Shown: piece by piece, positions 20,576-28,626 of the stretch
How positions within the stretch are numbered: the first letter of the stretch is position 1
Layout of the letters: each line of letters opens with the position of its first letter
From: Clostridia bacterium
Lineage (GTDB): Bacteria > Bacillota > Clostridia > Christensenellales > UBA1242
Direction: 5' to 3'
Length of the DNA stretch: 64,000 bases
Assembly: GCA_017503005.1 (NCBI GenBank)
Contig: JAFVTW010000003.1
Span: 73,807 to 137,806 of the forward strand
Program-made: the position numbers and the translations under genes
The notes under the pieces: generated by a model
The model's input: only the letters and a program-made list of their open reading frames with translations
What the model was told of the DNA's origin: nothing
The model's database searches: none

Positions 20576-21424
20576 ATGGAATTAAAAGATAAAAATAATG
20601 TAATTTTGAGAAATTTAATATTGTGTATGTTGATAATACTGTCTATGGTTGTTTGTGTCGGGTGCACTAAACCAAAGGATAATTTATATACGGCTGTCTG
20701 GTGGTGGGATAGTGAACTATGTGATGAATACTTTGATTTTGCAGTGCAAAACAAAGTTACACATATATACTATTGTGATAGTGACTTTGGAGAAGATACA
20801 ACAAAGTTTATCAAAAAATGTAGGGAGAATGATATAGATGTGTATTATTTGGACGGTAGATATCAGTGGTTGACTGATGTGCCAAAAAGAGCACAACTAT
20901 ATGCTAGACTAGATTCTTTGCTTTCTTTTAATGCCGGTGAATATAAATTTGCCGGAGTTCATTTGGATATTGAGCCCCATCAAGCACCTAATTTTGATGA
21001 AGATAGGGAAGATTTGATTGTAGAGTTGATATCTTTGGCAAATGAATTAAGAAGTCTATATCCTACTATCGATTTTGAGTATGATATACCTTTTTGGTTT
21101 GATGATGAAGTAGTGTATAATGGTGTGTCAAAACCAGCTTATGCTCATATGATAGATGTTGCAGATAGAGTCACTGTAATGAGTTACAGAGATACCGCCA
21201 CAGAGATATATAAAGTGGCAGAAGATGAAATAAAGTATGCACAAAGTACTAACAAACCACTAAACCTAAGTGTTGAAACTGGTGAAGAAGATATAGACAA
21301 GGTTACTTTTTATGAAGAAGGTAATGATTATATGATAAACGAATTAAACATCTTGAGGGAAATGATTCCTGAAAACTTTGGTATAGTGGTGCATCATATT
21401 AAAACTTGGAAAGAATTAATCTAA
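20576..21424 (+). CDS. Putative lipoprotein (function unknown, weak glycoside-hydrolase-like impression)
   Basis: Signal peptide with lipobox VGC. Confidence 0.5.
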   Translation: MELKDKNNVILRNLILCMLIILSMVVCVGCTKPKDNLYTAVWWWDSELCDEYFDFAVQNKVTHIYYCDSDFGEDTTKFIKKCRENDIDVYYLDGRYQWLTDVPKRAQLYARLDSLLSFNAGEYKFAGVHLDIEPHQAPNFDEDREDLIVELISLANELRSLYPTIDFEYDIPFWFDDEVVYNGVSKPAYAHMIDVADRVTVMSYRDTATEIYKVAEDEIKYAQSTNKPLNLSVETGEEDIDKVTFYEEGNDYMINELNILREMIPENFGIVVHHIKTWKELI

Positions 21425-21427
21425 AAA

Positions 21428-21455
21428 ACTGCTAGATGATACTAGCAGTTTTTTG
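21428..21455 (+). terminator. Rho-independent terminator
   Basis: Hairpin actgctag/ctagcagt followed by a T-run. Confidence 0.8.
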
Positions 21456-21576
21456 TTTGTAATAGTGTATAAATTATTGGTAGTTTTCAAATATTATTCT
21501 TGACAAAGTGTGTTATTTTACTTATACTTAATTTGCAGTTTAAAAATATCTGCATCGTACAAATGTAGAGGTAAAT

Positions 21577-21855
21577 ATGAATCCAATAGTTGTAGAAATA
21601 ATAGGTATTACTTCAACAGTTTTAATTTTACTTTCAATGTTATTTAAGACAACAACAATAATTGGCGATATTAGAATGAGAATTTTAAATTTAATTGGTT
21701 CAGCTGTGTTTGTTGTATATGGTTGTTTGCTACCAGCAATTAGCACAATTGTTTTAAATATCGCATTAGTTATAGTAAATTCCTATCATTTAGTAACATT
21801 AATTAAAGAATACAAAAAATCTAATATTCAAGAAAATGAAAATGCACAAGAATAA
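21577..21855 (+). CDS. Small three-TM membrane protein
   Basis: RBS AGAGGT. Hydrophobic 92-aa ORF. Confidence 0.55.
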   Translation: MNPIVVEIIGITSTVLILLSMLFKTTTIIGDIRMRILNLIGSAVFVVYGCLLPAISTIVLNIALVIVNSYHLVTLIKEYKKSNIQENENAQE

Positions 21856-21885
21856 ATATTTTTTGAAAGTTTTCATTTTAAATGT

Positions 21886-21961
21886 GCTGATGTAGCTCAG
21901 TCGGTAGAGCACTGCCTTGGTAAGGCAGAGGTCACGGGTTCAAGTCCCGTCATCAGCTCCA
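21886..21961 (+). tRNA. tRNA-Thr (anticodon GGU), CCA encoded
   Basis: Acceptor GCTGATG/CATCAGC, anticodon stem CTGCC/GGCAG with loop TTGGTAA, T-arm ACGGG-TTCAAGT-CCCGT. Confidence 0.92.
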
Positions 21962-22063
21962 ATCACAAACCTTTGAAAAACCCTTATAAATAGGTGCTTT
22001 CAAAGGTTTTTTATTTTCTAAAATTTTTGATAAATTTTAACTCAAAAAAACATTAGGTGTCAA
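21916..22063 (+). repeat. Left direct repeat (3' 46 nt of tRNA-Thr plus downstream terminator region), attL-like
   Basis: Matches 36000-36147. The tRNA part is identical; a few substitutions and two 1-nt indels occur downstream. Confidence 0.85.
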
Positions 22064-22083
22064 AATTAAGTAGTTTAGGTGTC

Positions 22084-22120
22084 AAAAAAAGACAGATAGT
22101 TAATCACTCAACTATCTGCC
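22084..22120 (-). terminator. Rho-independent terminator for the SEC-C gene
   Basis: On the minus strand: hairpin ggcagatagtt/aactatctgtc followed by a T7 run. Confidence 0.7.
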
Positions 22121-22177
22121 ATGTTCGTTATAAAACTATCAAAAACTGCTCTCATAGGTGTCAAATGGGGACAAACT

Positions 22178-23479
22178 TTATTGTAATATATCCAAATTCA
22201 TTTTATCAAAGAATGATTGAAGTTCTCTTAATGTGGCAGCATTTAAATTTAACTTATGTTGCTCATTAGATATTTTCTTAAAAGCTTCATAAGTTCGAAA
22301 ACTTGCTAAATACGACAGGTATGAATATAAATATATAAATCCATCTCCAAAAAACATGATGTAAGAAGCAAAATTATTCGAAGAGAATAATCTAAATAAC
22401 TTTAATGCAAATGCAAATTGTTTCTCATTTACATCAAACCAACTTTCTGATAAATAACGATTCTCATCAAAATTTTTATCTTCAATTTCTTCTTTCTTGC
22501 CTGTATTAACTTCTTTGATTGTTTCTTCGATAGATTTTATAAATCTAGCAATCATTCCAACGAAGAAATCAGCAAATCTTATCAAAGAACTTTTTTTCGA
22601 ATCTAAACATTTTACTTCAGCATAATTAAAATTGTTTGCTACATTTAAAGTATTGTCTTCATTATCTATAAAGATTTTAGTTTGTGTTTTATCAATACTC
22701 CATTTTAATAAATTCTCATTCAATGATTGAAATGCTATACTATAATCCCAATCTGTTTCTATTTTATCTTCAGCAGAACTAGAATTCTCTAGAATATTTA
22801 CTAAGGAATAAAAACAACGATTTTCACTCCATTTACGTGGAAGCCCATTGTTTTTCTTCAAAATATAATTTAGCTTATTAAGTATCTCTATTCTTGAGTC
22901 TTCAACTGATTTATTTATCAAATCATCAAATATTTCAGTAAATTTGTAAGTATATAAGAACTTGGATAGCGTATATCCAATCACCTGAAAATATGGATGA
23001 ATTTCAATTGGAATCATCAATGCCGACAGAAATCTATAAGTTAATAAACTTGTTTTGCTTAATGCACCAAATAAAAGTTTTGGAGAAACACACAGACATA
23101 AATTGACTATCTCTTCATAAAAACTTAAACAATCTTTATTAAATGAATGCAATCCATCTTTATAATATTTTATTCCAAATGTTGTTGATTTAAATTCTTT
23201 ATCGTTTGGAATACTTAGTTTGCTTTTATATTTTAGCTCTATATTTTCAAATAAATTTGCCAACTTATGATTGTTTATAATGTTGTCTCCAATAAACATA
23301 AAGCAAAAATAATCAGAACTTTGTTCTAAAAAGAAGTTTGTCAGTTCTTTATTTGTTAATTTTCTATCATGGTATATTTCATCATAATAAAATTCGTAAC
23401 AATTGCTTTTTGACAAACAACAATATTTATATTTTTTACCACTTCCACATGAGCATTTATCATTTCTGCCTATATTCAT
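22178..23479 (-). CDS. SEC-C metal-binding motif protein with a large uncharacterised (possibly DUF3800-like) body
   Basis: N-terminal RNDKCSCGSGKKYKYCC. LIRFADFFVGMIARF resembles the DUF3800 C-terminal motif. RBS AAGGAGA. Confidence 0.5.
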   Translation of the reverse strand: MNIGRNDKCSCGSGKKYKYCCLSKSNCYEFYYDEIYHDRKLTNKELTNFFLEQSSDYFCFMFIGDNIINNHKLANLFENIELKYKSKLSIPNDKEFKSTTFGIKYYKDGLHSFNKDCLSFYEEIVNLCLCVSPKLLFGALSKTSLLTYRFLSALMIPIEIHPYFQVIGYTLSKFLYTYKFTEIFDDLINKSVEDSRIEILNKLNYILKKNNGLPRKWSENRCFYSLVNILENSSSAEDKIETDWDYSIAFQSLNENLLKWSIDKTQTKIFIDNEDNTLNVANNFNYAEVKCLDSKKSSLIRFADFFVGMIARFIKSIEETIKEVNTGKKEEIEDKNFDENRYLSESWFDVNEKQFAFALKLFRLFSSNNFASYIMFFGDGFIYLYSYLSYLASFRTYEAFKKISNEQHKLNLNAATLRELQSFFDKMNLDILQ

Positions 23480-23874
23480 AAGTTCTCCTTGAGCCTAGTT
23501 TAACATAAAATAATGAAATTTGGAATATAAAACAGGAATTACATCTCAAAATCTTTTTCTCTTTTGCGTTTTCATGCCTTTCGTTCTTCCATAAGTTTTT
23601 GTAGCATATCATCAAATTCATCATCTGACATGTCTTGGTGTTGAATCTCTTGAAATGCTGGTTTTTCAAGGGATTTAGAGAGTAAAATTGCATTTTGAGT
23701 CTATTCCTTATCCTGCTCGTTAAAATTTCACATAATTTTAACTAATTTTTGTCTGTTTAACCTCCTTTTCACAAAAACTCGAGAGATGAAACCCCTCTAT
23801 AATGTTAACCAATCCAAATTGCAAAGTGTTGCCCAGTTTTGGCAAAATTTCTTAAAAAATTTTTTAATTTTAAT

Positions 23875-23903
23875 GAAAAACACCCAATCATTAAGATTGA
23901 GTG
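23875..23903 (-). terminator. Rho-independent terminator ending island operon B
   Basis: On the minus strand: hairpin cactcaatc/gattgggtg followed by a T5 run. Confidence 0.65.
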
Positions 23904-23909
23904 TAATCC

Positions 23910-24113
23910 TTAAAGTATATTATATTTTTTTATTGCTTTTAGAAATAATATAGTTGCTGGCATTCTCAGATCATGTGAAAGCTTACTCATTTTTTCTGCC
24001 ATCTCATCAAAAAGAACTCCCAAATCTTTTAATTCATTTAATTCAGGTGTGGGTAATTTTGTTAATTCAATTGCTTTTCTTTGTATTTCATTTATTAATT
24101 CTTGATCAGTCAT
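23910..24113 (-). CDS. Small helical protein (67 aa), unknown function
   Basis: Start MTDQELINE is preceded by GGAGA with a 4-nt spacer (the track start at 24137 lacks an RBS). Last gene of operon B. Confidence 0.5.
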   Translation of the reverse strand: MTDQELINEIQRKAIELTKLPTPELNELKDLGVLFDEMAEKMSKLSHDLRMPATILFLKAIKKYNIL

Positions 24114-24123
24114 TTTTTCTCCA

Positions 24124-24489
24124 TTAATATTCATCATACTTTTTATTACACCCCTTAACCTTATCAGCCGGGTATTTTTTATCGTTTTTTTCTATTTTGT
24201 TAGAAACTGCCGAACTTAAATCTATGTTGTTCATTTGAGCAAAACGAAGAACAAAATACAAAACATCAGCTAGTTCTTCTTCAACCTCAATTCTCTTATC
24301 TGAACTCATAACTTTTTTCATATCTTCTTCTGATTTAAATCTAAAGATTTGTAAAAGTTCATTTGCTTCAGTTGAAATTCCAATTGCAAGTTCTTTTGGA
24401 TTATGGAATTGATCCCAATCTCTCTTCTCGCAAAATTCTTTAACTTTATTCTTTAATTCTTCTAATGTTACTACTTTATCGTTTATCAT
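24124..24489 (-). CDS. MazG-like (all-alpha NTP pyrophosphohydrolase, dCTPase-type) protein
   Basis: RDWDQFHNPKELAIGISTEANELLQIF and EELADVLYFVLRFA match the MazG/DCTPP1 helix pair. ATGA overlap with the upstream gene. Confidence 0.75.
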   Translation of the reverse strand: MINDKVVTLEELKNKVKEFCEKRDWDQFHNPKELAIGISTEANELLQIFRFKSEEDMKKVMSSDKRIEVEEELADVLYFVLRFAQMNNIDLSSAVSNKIEKNDKKYPADKVKGCNKKYDEY

Positions 24490-25784
24490 AATTTTTCTCC
24501 TAATAACTTAAAAGCTTTACCATTTAATATACCATCTAACATTCCACCAACAGATAAGTCTCCAACAACTATTTCATCAGATGTGTCAAGCACAAACTGA
24601 TTCCTTATTTTTGCATTATCTCTATTTGTTACTTTAAGCATATTATCGAAAGGTGATATAATTAACATTTGTCCACTATTAACAGCTTTTTCAAACTTTG
24701 TCGGGCACTTGTCGTAAATTTCTCTAGACAATACCATAATAATCTTTTTGTTATTCTTTAACGATAAATCTAATAGTTTACTTTCATTTTTACTTTGAAA
24801 ACCAGAAACAATGCAAATATCTTCATCAACAGTTTCTAACCACTCAGTAATTTTACTTATTGTATTGGGATGACTCTTCTGCGAACTCAAAAATCCCATC
24901 TTGTGATTATTTAAAAGTTTTAAATTTCCTATATAATTTTCTTTTTCACTATTAAATGAAAGGTTACAACAGTCACTTGGATTATAGTTAACATGAGTTT
25001 TCCAATAGTTATATGCTTCGGTACAGTCTTCACAAACACTAATTTGTTCAAACCCTTTAATCTTACTAATAAGTTTTTTCTTTGTTTCTAATGGAAGATG
25101 ATAATATCCACCTTCTTTATGAGTATATTGAGAGTAATCTAAATCAAAAGTTCGCTTAATAAAGCCATTTACTCTAAGGAATTCCACAATTACTTTCTTA
25201 CACTTAACCTTATTTAAAATATCAAAATCAATATATTCAGGAATAAACGGACTTACTCTGATTGCAACATCAAAGCCATTGGCTGAAAGTTTTTCAATTG
25301 CTTTAATCCTTTCTGAAGAAATAGTTGCCTGTTCGTAGGTTAAAGCAGTTTTATCATCTGTACTAGTAACGGTTATTTGAATGTGTGCTAAATTTTTATC
25401 TAGAATTTTCATATATTCATCACTAGCAATCAAATTAGATTTAGTAACGATTAAATAATGAATTCCATATTTATTTAAAAATTGAATAGTTTTATATGTA
25501 ACTTTATGTTTTACTTCACAAGGTTGAAAGCAATCTGTCATGCCTCCAAGTCTTAAAACCGTTCCTTTTTCAAGAGTTTTAATCTTTTTTTCAATCTTAC
25601 TAATATCTGCCACACTAGGGTCATCAGGATGCCACAAGTCTCTAAACCCTAAAAGAGACTTTGCATAACAATACTTGCAGTCGTGAAAACAGCCACAACC
25701 ATAAGTGTCTAGTCTTGTGGAATAATGACATTTTTGTCCTTCATTACCTTCAACAGTTTTATAAAAACTTTTAAACTCTTTCAT
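24486..25784 (-). CDS. Radical SAM enzyme (SplB/COG1533-like) fused to C-terminal DprA/Smf-like (SLOG) Rossmann domain
   Basis: CGCFHDCKYCYA (CxxxCxxC), RLGGMTDCFQP and LIVTKS. C-terminal 130 aa (ICIVSGFQSKNESKLLDLSLKNNKKIIMVLSREIYDKCP...GQMLIISPF...KIRNQFVLDTSDEIVVGDLSVGG) follows the DprA pattern. Confidence 0.65.
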   Translation of the reverse strand: MKEFKSFYKTVEGNEGQKCHYSTRLDTYGCGCFHDCKYCYAKSLLGFRDLWHPDDPSVADISKIEKKIKTLEKGTVLRLGGMTDCFQPCEVKHKVTYKTIQFLNKYGIHYLIVTKSNLIASDEYMKILDKNLAHIQITVTSTDDKTALTYEQATISSERIKAIEKLSANGFDVAIRVSPFIPEYIDFDILNKVKCKKVIVEFLRVNGFIKRTFDLDYSQYTHKEGGYYHLPLETKKKLISKIKGFEQISVCEDCTEAYNYWKTHVNYNPSDCCNLSFNSEKENYIGNLKLLNNHKMGFLSSQKSHPNTISKITEWLETVDEDICIVSGFQSKNESKLLDLSLKNNKKIIMVLSREIYDKCPTKFEKAVNSGQMLIISPFDNMLKVTNRDNAKIRNQFVLDTSDEIVVGDLSVGGMLDGILNGKAFKLLGEKL

Positions 25785-25799
25785 CCTTTGTCCTCATAT

Positions 25800-27530
25800 T
25801 TAATTAAAATATTTCTTTAAATACTCATTCATGTTTTGATTACAAGCATAAATGTAGCAGCCTTTTATACCTCTTTCCATCATTACTTTGTAAGAATTAA
25901 TAATATATCTCTTTAGTTCTTCTGGAGAACTTCCTTTTTTAACATTTGTATCGTAAAAGTTATCAGGATATATTAATGTTTGATTGTTTATAGGATCATA
26001 GTCTATTTCTTTTCCTAAAATAACACCAACATAATTCAAATCATAACCTTGAGTGGTGTGAATACAACCAATCTCATTAATAGATTCTTTTCTTAAAATC
26101 CATTCTTTGTTTGTCATATTCCAAGGATAAGTTTTGTTTTCAAATTTAATATCATATAGTCCTTGATTTTTTATTTCTTCTAAAGATTTTCCTTTAGTTT
26201 TCCATTCCCATGCATATCCAGCAACATTCCTACATAACCCATATTTGTCATTAAGTTCTTTTATGCTGTCAATCATTTCATTAGGATCATCAAAAACTTT
26301 AATATCATAATTTTGTATTTGTTCTTTGCTGTCAACAGTACATTTTAGAATTTTATCTAAATAATCAATATAAAGTTTTCCACCTTCACATCTCATTTGA
26401 GAAGTTAAAGTGTACTCTTTAATTTTTGTTCTACTTAATGAATTTTTAAATTCTTCAGGTGAAATATCTGAAGCTTTTATCGATTGTTCTTTATCATAAA
26501 AAAGAATTCTATGTTTACTACTTTTCACAATCCAATCTAATGTATTAGTTGTTTCAGGTTTCATATTAAGCTTTCTACAGCACTTATCAAATTCTCCCAT
26601 CCAACTAATGTTTTTTCTTTTTGGAAGTCTATGGGTTTCATCAACTAATAATATATCAAATTGTTCACCAACAACATCTGTTGGACCAATAACCATTTTG
26701 CTTTTTAAACCGTTGTGACTCTTATTAAAAACAGCTTTAAGCGTTGCTCTTATCGATGTCATTGGCAAAACATAACCAATTTTTAGTTCTCCGTTGTCTT
26801 CAATATACTTTTTAAGTCTATGTAAAATCTTGTTTTTAAAAGTTGCATATTCAAAAGATTCTTCATCTTTAAAGGAATCTATTGTTTGAGAGTTAGCATT
26901 GGTTAACAAACTCATAATATAGATAGCTAAAATAGTTTTACCTGTACCTGCAGATCCATTGATAATACAAGTCGTACCATTCTTAGAATCTTTTTTAAGT
27001 CCATCTAGGATATCCTTAATAACATTATAGCAAACTTCTTCTTGTTCCACAGTTAAAGAAGTATATGGGGAATAGGTAAACAGATCACTATTAACAATTG
27101 ATTCATAAGTAGATTTAGCAAGATTTAAATCTCTTAAATAATCCCATATTCCTTTATTTTCTTCAGATCCTTCAATTTTGTTTAAATATTTTTCCCTTTG
27201 ATAATAGTTGTGTTTTGAAGATTGTCCTGCATTCCCATTTAACAAAGTGAACTTTTGGTCTGCATTACACATTCTAATCAAAGATTGCTCAATATCTAAT
27301 ACTGCAGATTTATTAAATTCATCATCAAAAATAACATGAATATCTTTTAATCCACGCTTTTGCTTATTATCTAAGTGTTGTCCAAATCTATTAAAGAAAT
27401 TACTTGTTTCTCCAATGTACAAATAACTTTTATTGTTAATTAAATAAACAACAGGCCAATCTCTACCTTTTGCTTCATTTAGAACTAAATTTCGTCCTTC
27501 TTGAGAGAAACTAAAACTTTTAATTTGCAT
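25800..27530 (-). CDS. GIY-YIG nuclease domain fused to DUF2075 (Schlafen-type SF1) ATPase
   Basis: GIY-YIG: VVYLINNKSYLYIGETSNFFNRFGQH. ATPase: GSAGTGKT, LLVDETHRL, GYAWEW, IHTTQGYDLNYVGVILG. RBS GGAGA. Confidence 0.7.
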   Translation of the reverse strand: MQIKSFSFSQEGRNLVLNEAKGRDWPVVYLINNKSYLYIGETSNFFNRFGQHLDNKQKRGLKDIHVIFDDEFNKSAVLDIEQSLIRMCNADQKFTLLNGNAGQSSKHNYYQREKYLNKIEGSEENKGIWDYLRDLNLAKSTYESIVNSDLFTYSPYTSLTVEQEEVCYNVIKDILDGLKKDSKNGTTCIINGSAGTGKTILAIYIMSLLTNANSQTIDSFKDEESFEYATFKNKILHRLKKYIEDNGELKIGYVLPMTSIRATLKAVFNKSHNGLKSKMVIGPTDVVGEQFDILLVDETHRLPKRKNISWMGEFDKCCRKLNMKPETTNTLDWIVKSSKHRILFYDKEQSIKASDISPEEFKNSLSRTKIKEYTLTSQMRCEGGKLYIDYLDKILKCTVDSKEQIQNYDIKVFDDPNEMIDSIKELNDKYGLCRNVAGYAWEWKTKGKSLEEIKNQGLYDIKFENKTYPWNMTNKEWILRKESINEIGCIHTTQGYDLNYVGVILGKEIDYDPINNQTLIYPDNFYDTNVKKGSSPEELKRYIINSYKVMMERGIKGCYIYACNQNMNEYLKKYFN

Positions 27531-27559
27531 ATTTTATCTCCAAAATAACTTTTCACCAT

Positions 27560-27600
27560 TCATTATAGCATACTTTTTCTGATTTTGTATGAAAATGCAA
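27560..27600 (-). promoter_or_regulatory. Putative promoter of island operon B (extended -10)
   Basis: Minus strand reads TGCTATAAT (27562-27570), about 30 nt upstream of the ATG and immediately after the kinase terminator. Confidence 0.5.
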
Positions 27601-27631
27601 GAAAAAACTAGCAAATTTAATTTTTGCTAGC
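27601..27631 (-). terminator. Rho-independent terminator ending island operon A
   Basis: On the minus strand: hairpin ctagcaaa/tttgctag followed by a T6 run. Confidence 0.7.
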
Positions 27632-28624
27632 TTATATTAATGTATTAATATCGTCTATAAGTTGATTTATGTGTTGATATCTCTTTTCTAAATCTTCTAT
27701 CGTGCATTTTCTGCATATGGCAGATAATTCATGATTGTAACAATTGGGATTAGCAGTCTTTACATAGTTAATTATTTTACCCATCGAATATATATCGGTT
27801 TGCATATTTGCATTATTTAAATTTCTATAAGCTTTTGGATCTGTATATTCTTCTACACCAACGTGTGGCTCAATAGATATGCAAGAGTGGCTAGTATCAA
27901 TAGATGAAACTCCGAAATCAATAACAAACCAACAACCAGATTTATACATAAAATTCCCAGGATGCAAATCTCGATGAATAATATTAGCATCGTGTAAAAA
28001 TTTTACCTTGTTCAACATGTCTAGTATTTGTAAATTTGTTATTGTAAATTTAAGGTCTTTTGCTTGGTATAGAGAATAATCTGCCTTTTCCATTTTTATC
28101 TCAAAACCATTCGCATTCTCAATATCCTTATTTAATAACATTTTTTGTTTTACGGAATTCTCTAATCTTTTTAATTTTGATATTACACGTTTTTCCCTTT
28201 CAAACGTTTCTAATGCAAATGGTGTTTTATTGTCTAATAACTTAATAACAATAGTTTCATTTTCTTCATTAACAATAAAGACCTCACAAAAACTACCAGA
28301 TTTGGACACCTTCTTTTTCATGTTATAAAAAATTCTATACTTACATCCGCTATAAGACAAAATATTGTTAATCTTTTCATATGCTACATCTCTTTCGTAA
28401 TTATATAAACTTTGTACTAGAGATTCAAAAAAATCATCATATTCCCATTCTTGTAGTTCATTATCAAAGAATCCATCCCAATCTAATTTTTGTTCTAAAC
28501 TCTTTTGTGATAAAAGCTTATTATTTTCATATTTTTGATATAAATTTCTTTGCTCATCTGTTTTCAGTTCTTCTCTTATAAGACCTATTAGAAGGTTTTT
28601 TGTTTCTTTTGTTAAATTAAACAT
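27632..28624 (-). CDS. Ser/Thr protein kinase-like protein
   Basis: IVIKLL (VAIK-like), IIHRDLHPGNFMY (HRD loop), VIDFGVS (DFG). Starts 2 nt after the upstream stop. Confidence 0.75.
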   Translation of the reverse strand: MFNLTKETKNLLIGLIREELKTDEQRNLYQKYENNKLLSQKSLEQKLDWDGFFDNELQEWEYDDFFESLVQSLYNYERDVAYEKINNILSYSGCKYRIFYNMKKKVSKSGSFCEVFIVNEENETIVIKLLDNKTPFALETFEREKRVISKLKRLENSVKQKMLLNKDIENANGFEIKMEKADYSLYQAKDLKFTITNLQILDMLNKVKFLHDANIIHRDLHPGNFMYKSGCWFVIDFGVSSIDTSHSCISIEPHVGVEEYTDPKAYRNLNNANMQTDIYSMGKIINYVKTANPNCYNHELSAICRKCTIEDLEKRYQHINQLIDDINTLI

Positions 28625-28626
28625 AA

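Noticed and set aside
22057-22269. 70-aa plus-strand ORF at the left island end
   Set aside because: It spans the AGGTGTCAA repeats and a terminator hairpin, overlaps the 3' end of the SEC-C gene and has no RBS.
23460-23693. 77-aa minus-strand ORF in the 430-nt spacer. An alternative frame ends in an acidic peptide (…AFQEIQHQDMSDDEFDDMLQKLMEERKA).
   Set aside because: It overlaps the SEC-C gene start and has no RBS. The alternative frame is closed by a stop after about 35 codons. It may be a gene remnant, but I cannot support a call.
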